Of a stretch of 64,000 bases of DNA, positions 40,088 to 48,588 are shown one piece after another (the first letter of the stretch is position 1; every line of letters begins with the position of its first letter). The position numbers and the translations under genes are program-made. The stretch comes from Armatimonadota bacterium (GTDB lineage Bacteria; Armatimonadota; Hebobacteria; CAIYQO01): contig JAKPKV010000137.1 in NCBI GenBank assembly GCA_029553475.1, positions 69,976 through 133,975 of the forward strand, written 5' to 3'. The notes beneath the pieces are model-generated. The model was not told where the DNA came from. It did no database searches and saw nothing but the letters and a program-made list of their open reading frames with translations.

Positions 40088-40112
40088 TTCCGAAAACATA
40101 CGATTCCCGGAA
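40088..40112. repeat. recombination-site-like inverted repeat D
   Basis: TTCCGAAAA-CATACGA-TTCCCGGAA. The spacer is the exact reverse complement of the site C spacer. Confidence 0.85.
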
Positions 40113-40370
40113 TTGCCCGTGCAGGCGCGACAGCGGCACGACGCCGACATAGCATACCGGTGTATCACACCACGACCGCTGCCGTACTCGGACCTAGACA
40201 CCGTTGATGTCCGCGCGCGGCCTCCCGCCGCCCCCAAAGCCCTGCGCCCCCGCCCCGTGCCGGGCAGCCCGCCCGCATCCGGCAGGGGCATCCCATCGCG
40301 TGTCCCGCGCTGTTGACGTTGCCCTGCTTCCCGTGGACGCGTGCAGCGGTGAACCGGGGGCGACGTACGC

Positions 40371-40402
40371 GACGCGCCCGGTGCCAGGGCACCGGGCGCG
40401 TC
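40371..40402. terminator. hairpin terminator (paralog of 34288 and 37565)
   Basis: GACGCGCCCGGTGCCAGGGCACCGGGCGCGTC, 25 nt beyond the stop of the 40427 gene. Confidence 0.6.
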
Positions 40403-40426
40403 TGTCCAGGGGGCCAGCGGCCCAAT

Positions 40427-41584
40427 CTAGGGTTCGAAGACCAGGTAGGCGGCGCCCCTGTTGCAGCCGGTCGGGCCACTGAGCTGGATGCTCGTGGCTT
40501 TCCCCGCCTCGCAGGGTACCAGGAGGAAGCCGACGGAGGCTTTATCCGTGGAATTGGCCGAGGCTTTGATGACCTGGTTCAGGGTGACGGTGTTGGTCCC
40601 GGTGGTCACGCTCTGGATGGTGAAGGACGCGTTCGCATTGGTGTCAGCGGAGGTGAAGACCACGCCGACCTTGCGGATGCCGCTGGCATTCGGCACGAAG
40701 GTCACTTTCGCGGTGGTGACCCGGCCATCGTAGTCGCCGAATGGCGGCTGGATGTTCGCGCCGTTCCAGTTGAGCCAGGAGTTGCCGTTCCAACTGGACA
40801 GGGAGCCGCTCACCAGCGTCCAGGTGCCGTTGTCGCTCCACCAGCCCGGGTTGCCGGTGGGCATGAGCAGCATGCTGCTGGCGCCCCCGGTGCCGGCGGC
40901 GACCAGGGAGGCGATCTTCGAGATGCCGACGCCGCCCAGGAGGCCCTGCACGCTGCCGTCCGAGCGCTTCAGGTTCTCCGCCAGCAGCACGAACGGCACG
41001 CCGGCCACTTTCGAGCCTTTCGCCAGCGAGTAGGCGAAGGTGGCGGCGGTGATGTTGTCCTTGGTGAGGTAGCCGACGTGGCCGTCCACGTAGCCGAAGA
41101 CGGCGCCGTTGTTGTGGCGGCCCGTATCGCACTGCGCGAGCGCTTTCGCCAGGTCGCCGGTGTCGCCGTCATCCACGTAGGGCTTGCCGGTGGCCGGGCT
41201 CTTCAGCTCGGCGAGCATCACCGCCTCCACCGCGGAGCCGACGTCGTTGAGCGCCGCGCCCGAGAGGAAGGAGCCGGCGACGAAGAAGTAGTCCGGCTGC
41301 ACTGACTTGCCCATGAAGCTGGTGGTGGGACAGTCGAAGATCTTGTTCTCCGCGCCGTAGTTGGCGGCAAGCTGGCTGTTCCAGCCGGTGGCCGACGGCA
41401 GCTTGGAGTCGTGGTCCTGCGCGTACATGGTCATGCCGATGCAGAGCTGCCGGACGTTGTTCATGCAGGTATTCTGCCGGGCCTTCTCACGGGCTTTGGC
41501 GAATACCGGGAAGAGGATCGCCGCCAGGATCGCGATGATCGCGATGACGACCAGGAGCTCGATCAATGTAAAGCCTTTTCGCAT
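40427..41584 (-). CDS. prepilin-type H-X9-DG family protein (operon 3, distal gene)
   Basis: ATG at 41584 after [55 protein letters not shown]. Confidence 0.88.
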   Translation of the reverse strand: MRKGFTLIELLVVIAIIAILAAILFPVFAKAREKARQNTCMNNVRQLCIGMTMYAQDHDSKLPSATGWNSQLAANYGAENKIFDCPTTSFMGKSVQPDYFFVAGSFLSGAALNDVGSAVEAVMLAELKSPATGKPYVDDGDTGDLAKALAQCDTGRHNNGAVFGYVDGHVGYLTKDNITAATFAYSLAKGSKVAGVPFVLLAENLKRSDGSVQGLLGGVGISKIASLVAAGTGGASSMLLMPTGNPGWWSDNGTWTLVSGSLSSWNGNSWLNWNGANIQPPFGDYDGRVTTAKVTFVPNASGIRKVGVVFTSADTNANASFTIQSVTTGTNTVTLNQVIKASANSTDKASVGFLLVPCEAGKATSIQLSGPTGCNRGAAYLVFEP

Positions 41585-41613
41585 GGGATGATACCTCCTC
41601 TAGGTAATCGGCC

Positions 41614-42765
41614 TTATTCCTCGAAGGCCAGGCTCATGCCGCTCCAGCCGGGGATGGCGCTGTAATCGAGAGTGATCTCGATGGTCTTGCCGGCTTCGAC
41701 GGGGATGGCCAGGAATCCGGCCGCCACCTTGCCGCCGCTGGACTGGAGGGATTTGTTGAGCGTATACGTGTCGGCGCCGATCTTGATGGTCGAAAGCCGC
41801 GTGATGCCCACGCCCAGGCTGTCCCAGCAGCTATACATCACCACCAGCTTCTTCGTGACGGGCGTGGTCAGGCTGGCGTGCGGGACGATCGTCACCGTCG
41901 CGATGCCTGTGCGGCCGTCGCCGTCGCCGCAGATCGGCACGCGGTTCGCCCCGTTCCAGCGCACGCCGTTCCAGTCGTACACGGTATTCGTGCCGACGAC
42001 CTGGGTGAACGTCGGCATCGCCGACCACCAGGTGGGCGTGCCGGTCGGCTCCACGGCGGTCGCTTTGTTGTACAGCAGTTTCGTCACGCCCAGCGCCTTG
42101 CAGGTGGTGTAGAAGGTCTGCGCGGTGTCGCGGGCGGGCGTCATGCCGTCGGCGATCTGCCCCATCCACGTCGGCTCGGTGACGACGACGTTGGGATTCA
42201 TGCTGGGGGCGAAGAAGCCGGCGTTGATCTCCTCGCGCTTCACCCAGGCCACGTGGCCGTCCAGGAAGGCGAAGACCGCGCCGCCGTTATGGCGGGCGTC
42301 CGCGGTGGCGACGGCGGTCAGCGGATTCTGCGTGCCGTTGTCGTTGATGTACGGCGGGTTTTCCCCGGGCCCGGACTGGTCGCCGACGATGGGCGCGAGC
42401 TCCGGATACTTCACGTCGCCCAGCGCCATGCTGTCCAGGAAGGAGCCGGCCACGTAGAAGTAGTCCGGCTGGGTGTCGGTGCCCACGTGGGTGATGGAGG
42501 GGCAATCCCAGACTTTGCCGGTCATTCCGTAGTGCTGCGCCAGCACGCCGTACCAGGTTTTCGCCGGCGGCAGCCTCTCCTCGTTGTCCTGCACGTACAT
42601 GCTCACGGCAATGGCAATCTGCCGCTGGTTGTTCATGCAGGTGTTCTGGTTGGCCTTCTCGCGGGCTTTCGCGAAGACGGGGAACAAGATGGAGGCCAGG
42701 ATGGCGATAATCGCGATCACCACCAGGAGTTCGATGAGGGTGAACCCTCGTTTCGGGGAGACCAT
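41614..42765 (-). CDS. prepilin-type H-X9-DG family protein (operon 3, proximal gene)
   Basis: ATG at 42765 after [55 protein letters not shown]. Confidence 0.88.
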   Translation of the reverse strand: MVSPKRGFTLIELLVVIAIIAILASILFPVFAKAREKANQNTCMNNQRQIAIAVSMYVQDNEERLPPAKTWYGVLAQHYGMTGKVWDCPSITHVGTDTQPDYFYVAGSFLDSMALGDVKYPELAPIVGDQSGPGENPPYINDNGTQNPLTAVATADARHNGGAVFAFLDGHVAWVKREEINAGFFAPSMNPNVVVTEPTWMGQIADGMTPARDTAQTFYTTCKALGVTKLLYNKATAVEPTGTPTWWSAMPTFTQVVGTNTVYDWNGVRWNGANRVPICGDGDGRTGIATVTIVPHASLTTPVTKKLVVMYSCWDSLGVGITRLSTIKIGADTYTLNKSLQSSGGKVAAGFLAIPVEAGKTIEITLDYSAIPGWSGMSLAFEE

Positions 42766-42892
42766 GTTCGTAACCTCCTTTACGGATTGATTATGATGCA
42801 CGGAAATGTGCACGGCAGGGTTCTCGCGCTCATCACGCTGGAGAACGCCTCGTTGCCGCCTGTGCCGACCATACGCTCAAGGGTCTTGGCCC

Positions 42893-42917
42893 TTCCGAGA
42901 ATCCCGTATTTCCGGAA
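42893..42917. repeat. recombination-site-like inverted repeat E
   Basis: TTCCGAGAA-TCCCGTA-TTTCCGGAA. Confidence 0.85.
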
Positions 42918-42920
42918 ATT

Positions 42921-42949
42921 AATCTACGCATCACGGCCTATTTTGTCAA
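42921..42949 (-). promoter_or_regulatory. promoter P3 inside cassette 3 (drives operon 3)
   Basis: Minus strand TTGACA-17 nt-TAGATT, ending 3 nt before site E. Confidence 0.65.
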
Positions 42950-43063
42950 GTAATCCCACGCGTTCCCCCGCCACTTCCGCGACTATTTCAGCGTCTCCAC
43001 TCCCACGGGGGCGCTCCCGCGCGCGTGACGGAGCGCCACGCCTCACGATGTACGCCCGCTGAC

Positions 43064-43088
43064 TTCCGGAAATACGGGATTTCCGGAA
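43064..43088. repeat. recombination-site-like inverted repeat F
   Basis: TTCCGGAAA-TACGGGA-TTTCCGGAA. The spacer is the exact reverse complement of the site E spacer. Confidence 0.85.
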
Positions 43089-43410
43089 CCTTTCCCCGCG
43101 CCCATCCCGCCGGCGGATGAGATGAGGAAGGGCTGTGGTCGCCTCGCGTTGATGCCGGCAAGGCAGCAAATGCTACAGCCCAGGGGTCACCACCCTCGTG
43201 CCCCGTCACATGGCATTTGCCGGCGTAGCGGCAGACGCATCGCGGGTGGCTTCCGGCGCGTCCTGCCGCTTCAAGGCCAGCATGAACTCCTCGTCGCTGC
43301 AGCCCAACTCCGTGTGCGCCAGCGAGTCCGGGCTCGCGTTGGCGGCCATCGTGGGGGGGGATCCATCCCCAGCGCCCGGTCGGCCCCGGCCTTGTCGGGG
43401 GAGACCCCGT

Positions 43411-43426
43411 TGCTAAAGCGCTTCAA
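43411..43426. promoter_or_regulatory. LacI-type operator candidate O1, overlapping a TTGCTA-18-TATACT promoter
   Basis: TGCTAAAGCGCTTCAA (AAAGCGCTT core palindrome). TATACT at 43434-43439. Confidence 0.45.
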
Positions 43427-43479
43427 ACTCGCGTATACTGAATGCTTGGAAGCATCCGTGCCGGCGGAGAATCGAGTGG

Positions 43480-43493
43480 TTAAAGCGCTTTAA
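43480..43493. promoter_or_regulatory. LacI-type operator candidate O2
   Basis: Perfect 14-bp palindrome TTAAAGCGCTTTAA, about 95 nt upstream of the LacI-family gene. Confidence 0.5.
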
Positions 43494-43587
43494 TCAGTAT
43501 TGATAAAATTATAACACGGACAGATAGCTCTGTCAATGCGACGGCGGCTCTATTACCGAAAAAAGCTGGCGGGGAAAGGAGGCGACG

Positions 43588-44751
43588 ATGACTGATCTGC
43601 CCATCGCGGGATTATCCGTCCGCGCCGTCACCCTCAAAGACATCGCCGCGCACTGCGGGGTGTCGCTGGGCACGGTGTCGCTGGCGCTGCGCGACGACCC
43701 GCGCATCAGCACGGATACCCGCGCGCGCGTGCTGGCGGCGGCAGCCGAGCTGGGATACGACCCCACGCTGCATCAGGCGGCGCGCCGGCTGGCGCTCAGC
43801 AAGCACGGCCGCGACGTGCTCAATCACGTCATCGCGCTGATCGCCCCGTCGGGCTTTCACCGGCCGGGCTATTTCGCCGAGCTGCTGCACGGCATCATGG
43901 ACGTGCTGGTGCCCGCCGGCTTTTGTGCGCTCATCACCTACATTTACTCGCACGAGGACGCCCAGGAGACGACCATCCCCAGCGCCCTGCGCGCGGGCAT
44001 TGTGGACGGCCTCATCAGCATGGTGCGCCCGGAGCCGGTCATCGCGCTGCTCGACACGCTGCGCCGGCAGCCGGGATTCGCCCGCCGCCCCACCGCCTCG
44101 CTCATCTGGGAGATGCCCGGCAGCTCCTGCGTGCGCGCCGATGACGAGGGCGCCGGATACGCCCTGACGCGGCGCCTGCTCGCGCTGGGGCACCGGCATT
44201 TCCTGCAGTTGACCTTCCTGCTGCCCTACAGCAAAACGATGGAACCCCAGAACTACCGCATCGCGGGCGCGCGGCGCGCGCTGGCGGAGGCCGGCCTCGA
44301 TCCGGACCGCCACCTGCTGCTCGCGGACATGTCGAACTTCAATTGGCTCAACCCGGCGCATATTGACTCGGACCAGCCCGAACTCGCGCAGGTGTGGGTG
44401 GGCGACCGGGTGTTGCCGCTGGTGGACGTGCTGCGCGCCCACCCGGCCATCACCGCCATCTTCGGCCTGAACGACGCCAGCGCGCTGCGCGCCTGGCGGC
44501 TGCTGGAAGGGGCGGGCTATCGCGTGCCGGCGGACTACAGCATCGTCGGCTTCGACGACACGACGCCCCGTCTCGACGCCGCGGGCGCCAACCAGCTCTC
44601 CTCGGCGCGCGTGCCGCTGCAGGAGATCGGCCGCGCCGCCGCAACGCTGATTATCGAACAGGCCACCGCGGCCGTGCCGCGCGCCCCCGCGGAGCTGGTG
44701 CTGCCGGTGGCGATGGCCTTCCGGGGATCGGTCGGCCCGGCGCGAGGGTGA
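43588..44751 (+). CDS. LacI-family transcriptional regulator
   Basis: 387 aa, ATG after AAGGAGG. N-terminal HTH VTLKDIAAHCGVSLGTVSLALRDDPRIS..TRARVLAAAAELGY, followed by a periplasmic-binding-protein-like fold. Confidence 0.88.
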   Translation: MTDLPIAGLSVRAVTLKDIAAHCGVSLGTVSLALRDDPRISTDTRARVLAAAAELGYDPTLHQAARRLALSKHGRDVLNHVIALIAPSGFHRPGYFAELLHGIMDVLVPAGFCALITYIYSHEDAQETTIPSALRAGIVDGLISMVRPEPVIALLDTLRRQPGFARRPTASLIWEMPGSSCVRADDEGAGYALTRRLLALGHRHFLQLTFLLPYSKTMEPQNYRIAGARRALAEAGLDPDRHLLLADMSNFNWLNPAHIDSDQPELAQVWVGDRVLPLVDVLRAHPAITAIFGLNDASALRAWRLLEGAGYRVPADYSIVGFDDTTPRLDAAGANQLSSARVPLQEIGRAAATLIIEQATAAVPRAPAELVLPVAMAFRGSVGPARG

Positions 44752-44868
44752 AGAGGAATCATCGCGCGGGGCGCGAATTAACGATAGCCGGGCGCATATC
44801 GCGGTAAGTGCGCCGTGTGGTTTTTCACGCGCCGCATTCGCGCCCGATCCGCGTGTCAGGAGTCCGAG

Positions 44869-46197
44869 ATGTCGTTGCCCGCAGCGTATCAGCAGGTTGC
44901 CGCCGCGTTGAATGCCCCGTCCCGCGATGCGCGGCTGGCGGCCGCCCGCGCGCTGGCCGCCGGGGTGGCGTCCGGCGCCATCCCGCCGGCGCCGCCCCCC
45001 GTCGAGGTGAACAACCACGTGCACACCTGCTACTCCTTCAGCCCGCACTCCCCGACGAGCGCGGCGTGGGCGGCGCAGCGCGCGGGCCTGCAGGCGGTGG
45101 GCATCATGGACCACGATTCGGTGGCCGGCGTCGAGGAGATGCTGGAGGCCGGGCGCATCCTGGGCATCGCCACCACCGCCGGCTGTGAACTCCGCGTCAC
45201 CTTCGCCGATACGCCGTTTGCGACACGCCTCATCAACGGTCCCGGCCTCACCGGCATCGCCTACATGGCCATACACGGCATCCCCGCCGGCGCGGTGGCG
45301 CGCTGCCGCGACTTCCTCGCCCCCGTGCAGGCGGCGCGCAACGCCCGCAACGCGGCGATGGTGGAGCGGCTGAACGCCCTCCTGCGTGCCCAGGGCGTGC
45401 CGGAGGTGGATTTTCGGCGCGACGTATACGACCGGTCCATGGCCGCCGAGGGCGGCGCCATCACCGAGCGGCATATCATCGCCGCCCACTCGCGCAAGCT
45501 CATCGCGGCGCACGGCGCGGGGGCGGGGCTGGTGCGCTTCCTGGAGGACGGCCTGCGCCTCGCCATCCCCGGCCGGGTGCGCGGCTACCTGCTCGATCCG
45601 GAGAATCCGCATTATCTCTACGACCTCCTCGGCCTGTTGAAGGCCCACTACGCCGACGAATTCTTCATCCACCCGACGATGGCCGAGTGCCCTGACGTGC
45701 GCGCGGTGCTGGCCTTCGCGGAGGAGATCGGCGGCATCTCCGCCTATGCCTATCTCGGCGACGTGACCGAATCGCCCACCGGCGACAAGAAGGCCGAGCA
45801 GTTCGAAGACGCCTTCCTCGAGGAGCTGATGGCCTGGCTGCGCCGGCTCGGCTTCCGCGCGGTCACCTACATGCCGCCGCGCAACACCCGCCCGCAGCTC
45901 GAGCGCATCGCCCGCCTGTGCGAGGCGCACGGCTTCATGCAGATCTCCGGGGTGGATATCAACTCCTCGCGGCAATCCTTCAGCTGCCCGGAGATCCTCG
46001 ACCCGCGCTTCACAAATCTCATCACCGCCACCTGGGCGCTCATCGGCCACGAAAAGCTCTCCACCGCGCGGCCCGGCGCCGGCCTTTTTGGCGCGCGGGC
46101 TCTCGCCGAATACCCCGCCCGCGCCGACCGGCTGGCGTATTTCGCCGCCCTCGGCCGCCGGCTCGACCCGCGCGACCCGACCGCGGTGCCTGTCTGA
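44869..46197 (+). CDS. PHP-domain metal-dependent phosphoesterase-like protein
   Basis: ATG at 44869 after AGGAG. VEVNNHVHTCYSFSPHSP..GIMDHDS PHP motifs. The long C-terminal part is unassigned. Confidence 0.7.
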   Translation: MSLPAAYQQVAAALNAPSRDARLAAARALAAGVASGAIPPAPPPVEVNNHVHTCYSFSPHSPTSAAWAAQRAGLQAVGIMDHDSVAGVEEMLEAGRILGIATTAGCELRVTFADTPFATRLINGPGLTGIAYMAIHGIPAGAVARCRDFLAPVQAARNARNAAMVERLNALLRAQGVPEVDFRRDVYDRSMAAEGGAITERHIIAAHSRKLIAAHGAGAGLVRFLEDGLRLAIPGRVRGYLLDPENPHYLYDLLGLLKAHYADEFFIHPTMAECPDVRAVLAFAEEIGGISAYAYLGDVTESPTGDKKAEQFEDAFLEELMAWLRRLGFRAVTYMPPRNTRPQLERIARLCEAHGFMQISGVDINSSRQSFSCPEILDPRFTNLITATWALIGHEKLSTARPGAGLFGARALAEYPARADRLAYFAALGRRLDPRDPTAVPV

Positions 46198-46296
46198 CCG
46201 CCCCCATCGCGCAAGTGCCTCCCCCGGCGGGCGCGACAGGCGCGGTCGGCCCGCCCGACGCGTTCGCCGTGCGCCATCACACTCCCGGGCGTCCTG

Positions 46297-46305
46297 TGGT
46301 ATACT
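46297..46305 (+). promoter_or_regulatory. extended -10 promoter for a leaderless MFS transcript
   Basis: TGGTATACT (TGn + TATACT), ending 7 nt before the ATG at 46313. No Shine-Dalgarno sequence. Confidence 0.5.
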
Positions 46306-46312
46306 CCGCGTG

Positions 46313-47773
46313 ATGTCAACCACGCCCGCGCCCGCGTATCCGCATCGCTGGCTCATCCTTGCCGCGCTGGTCACCGTGCTGCTCATGACGCCGCTGGACA
46401 TGAGCGCGGTGAACGTCATCCTGCCCACGCTGCGCCAGCAGTTCGGCGCCTCGGTGGGCGCGGTGTCGTGGGTATCGCTGGCCTACCTGCTGGTCATCGT
46501 CGGCCTGCTGCTGCCCGTCGGGCGGCTGGGCGATCTGTGGGGCTTCCGCCGGCTGTTTCTCATCGGCGTGGCGCTCTTCACCGTCTCCTCGGCCCTGTGC
46601 GGGCTGTCGCACACCGTGCCGGCACTCTTTGGCGAGGGCGCGCTGCGCCTCTTCGGCCTGCCGTCGCTCATCGCCGCGCGGGTGCTGCAGGGGGTGGGCG
46701 CATGCATGATGATGGCGCTCAGCAGCGGCATCGTCACCGCCGTCTTCCCGCCGGGGGAGCGCGGCCGCGCCATGGGATTTCTCGGCATGGGCATCGCCAC
46801 CGGGCTGGTGCTCGGCCCCACGCTGGGCGGGCTGCTCACCCATTGGTTCGGCTGGCCGTGGATCTTCTACATCAACGTGCCCATCGGCCTCTTTGGCGGG
46901 CTGTGGGTGCGCCGCCTGCTGCCGCCGCTCGCCCCGCACCGCCCCACCCCGGTGGACTGGCCGGGCGCGCTGCTCATCATCGCCACGCTGGCCACCCTCA
47001 TGCTCGGCGTCACGCTGGTGGAGACCGCCGGCTGGCGGTCGCCGCTGGTGCTCGGCCTCCTCGCCGCCAGCCTCCTCGTCGGCGGCGCGCTCGTCCGGCA
47101 CGAGCGGCGCAGCCCGCACCCGATGCTCGATTTCGCGCTCTTTGCCCACCCCGTCTTCGCCGGGGCGAACCTGGCGGCGATGATGAATTACCTGGGGCAG
47201 TTCACCGCCATCTTCATCACTCCGTTCGCGCTGCGCTACGGCATGGACCGCGACCCGCGGCAGATCGGCCTCACCATGGCGGCGCTGCCGGTGGCGGTGC
47301 TGGTGCTGGCGCCCATCAGCGGCGCGCTCTCCGACCGCTTTGGCACACGCGCGCTGGCGGCGCTGGGCGAGACCATCGTCGCCGCCGGCCTGTTCGTGCT
47401 GGCGCTGGTCATCGGCCGCGGGCAGCCCGTGCCGATCATCGCCGCGCTGGCGCTGGTGGGCATCGGCGCCGGCCTCTTCCAGTCGCCGAACGCCAGCGCC
47501 ATCATGGGCAGCCTGCCGCGCACCCACCTGGGCATCGGCGGCAGCGTGCTCGCCGTGGTGCGCAATCTCGGCATGGCCGTCGGCATCGCCACCAGCAGCG
47601 CCGCCCTCGCCATCGGCAGCCAGTGGTACCGGGGCGCCCACCCGACCGCCCCCGCCGCCCAAGCCATCCTCTACGCCGCGCAAATCGGCTACGCCATCGG
47701 CGCCGCCTTCGCGTTGCTGGGAGCGCTGACCAGCGCGGTGCGGGAGGATCATCCAAGCCAATCGTTGTCGTGA
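46313..47773 (+). CDS. MFS transporter, 14-TM DHA2 (EmrB/QacA-like)
   Basis: ATG at 46313 (MSTTPAPAYPHRW..). ..LDMSAVNVILPTL.., GRLGDLWGFRR motif A. About 14 hydrophobic helices. Confidence 0.88.
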   Translation: MSTTPAPAYPHRWLILAALVTVLLMTPLDMSAVNVILPTLRQQFGASVGAVSWVSLAYLLVIVGLLLPVGRLGDLWGFRRLFLIGVALFTVSSALCGLSHTVPALFGEGALRLFGLPSLIAARVLQGVGACMMMALSSGIVTAVFPPGERGRAMGFLGMGIATGLVLGPTLGGLLTHWFGWPWIFYINVPIGLFGGLWVRRLLPPLAPHRPTPVDWPGALLIIATLATLMLGVTLVETAGWRSPLVLGLLAASLLVGGALVRHERRSPHPMLDFALFAHPVFAGANLAAMMNYLGQFTAIFITPFALRYGMDRDPRQIGLTMAALPVAVLVLAPISGALSDRFGTRALAALGETIVAAGLFVLALVIGRGQPVPIIAALALVGIGAGLFQSPNASAIMGSLPRTHLGIGGSVLAVVRNLGMAVGIATSSAALAIGSQWYRGAHPTAPAAQAILYAAQIGYAIGAAFALLGALTSAVREDHPSQSLS

Positions 47774-47780
47774 TTTTCCT

Positions 47781-47812
47781 GGCGGGCGAGACTCTGTCAA
47801 GCCGCGCGTAGG
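47781..47812 (+). repeat. half-copy of the R5 inverted-repeat arm
   Basis: GGCGGGCGAGACTCTGTCAAGCCGCGCGTAGG, versus the arm GGAGGGCGAGACTCCGTCGAGCCGCGTGCGTAGG at 49559. It abuts the low-GC island. Confidence 0.75.
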
Positions 47813-47850
47813 ATAATTGATAATTATCACTGTCACAGTAAAAATGATAT

Positions 47851-48588
47851 CTATAAAATTACACGAATCGCCAATCCATCCTTGCCATTATCAATATAAT
47901 CACACCCATATTTTTGGGCTTTTAATAAACATTCAGCAATTTCCGTTTTTTCTTCTGTATTAGTACATCCCAGATTAATGAGCGCATAGGCACGGCAAAA
48001 CCAAGTAAGACCGCTATTCGGAAATAATTTACACAATTCTCTCATAACAACAACGGGTAGTATTGATTTTTCTTCTCCACATCTATCTAGTAATAAGACA
48101 AATAATTTTCTACTCATGTCTATGCATTGTCCAATATATGAATCGTCGTATTGATCAAAACTACGTAGACTTGCCACATGCCTCCAAGCATAAAAAGCAT
48201 CAATAAATTTTTCACAATCTTTGCGCGCAGTTGGATTGCTTGGATAAGCACTTGACGGAATAATGTCTTTAAGAATGTCTGATATTGTGCCTTCTATTCC
48301 ACATTTTTTACACTTCAAACCATTCCACTTGTGATCACTTGCCCGTGTCTTCCCACAAATATTGCATTTCTCACAATCTTTCGACCAGTCATGCCCTTTA
48401 TCACGAGTTTGCCCGCAGTTGGTACAGACACACCTGTTCCACCTATGTGCATTTGTGCGCATTGCCCCACACCGCGCGCACTGCTCGCAGTCCTGCGACC
48501 AGTCGTGCTCCTGGTCGCGTGTTCGTCCGCAGGCTGTACAGGTGCAACCCGACCAGGTATGCAATCCGAAAAGGCATGTCAGTTTCAT
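47851..48588 (-). CDS. Cys-rich repeat protein on a low-GC island, unknown function
   Basis: 245 aa, ATG after AGGAGG. Five tandem H-x-W-x(2-4)-C-x2-CG-x2-R units (HTWSGCTCTACGRTR, HDWSQDCEQCARCGAMR, HRWNRCVCTNCGQTR, HDWSKDCEKCNICGKTR, HKWNGLKCKKCG), then a ~150-aa AT-rich-encoded domain. Confidence 0.75.
   Translation of the reverse strand: MKLTCLFGLHTWSGCTCTACGRTRDQEHDWSQDCEQCARCGAMRTNAHRWNRCVCTNCGQTRDKGHDWSKDCEKCNICGKTRASDHKWNGLKCKKCGIEGTISDILKDIIPSSAYPSNPTARKDCEKFIDAFYAWRHVASLRSFDQYDDSYIGQCIDMSRKLFVLLLDRCGEEKSILPVVVMRELCKLFPNSGLTWFCRAYALINLGCTNTEEKTEIAECLLKAQKYGCDYIDNGKDGLAIRVIL

Larger units (their letters stand above)
39908..40112. promoter_or_regulatory. candidate invertible promoter cassette 2 (inverton), promoter pointing away from operon 2 (OFF)
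   Basis: Bounded by sites C (39908-39932) and D (40088-40112). Promoter P2 abuts site D and reads rightwards. Confidence 0.65.
42893..43088. promoter_or_regulatory. candidate invertible promoter cassette 3 (inverton), promoter pointing into operon 3 (ON)
   Basis: Bounded by sites E (42893-42917) and F (43064-43088). Promoter P3 abuts site E on the minus strand and reads towards the ATG at 42765. Confidence 0.7.

Noticed and set aside
37094-43088. Alternative reading of the TTCCGRRAA-N7-TTYYCGGAA palindromes as ordinary dimeric transcription-factor operators.
   Set aside because: This is not excluded, but it does not explain three observations: the sites always come in inverted pairs with pair-specific mirrored spacers; the promoter is always 3-4 nt from an inner arm; and the interior is flipped between paralogous loci with collinear flanks.
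43200-43440. Minus-strand small ORF interrupted at a G8 run (43363-43370), which could be read as a phase-variable homopolymer gene (..KRFSNGVSPDKAGADRALGMDPPP / MAANASPDSLAHTELGCSDEEFMLALKRQ..).
   Set aside because: Both pieces are short, lack an RBS and have no recognisable family. The region is better explained as the promoter/operator leader of the LacI gene plus degraded duplicated DNA.
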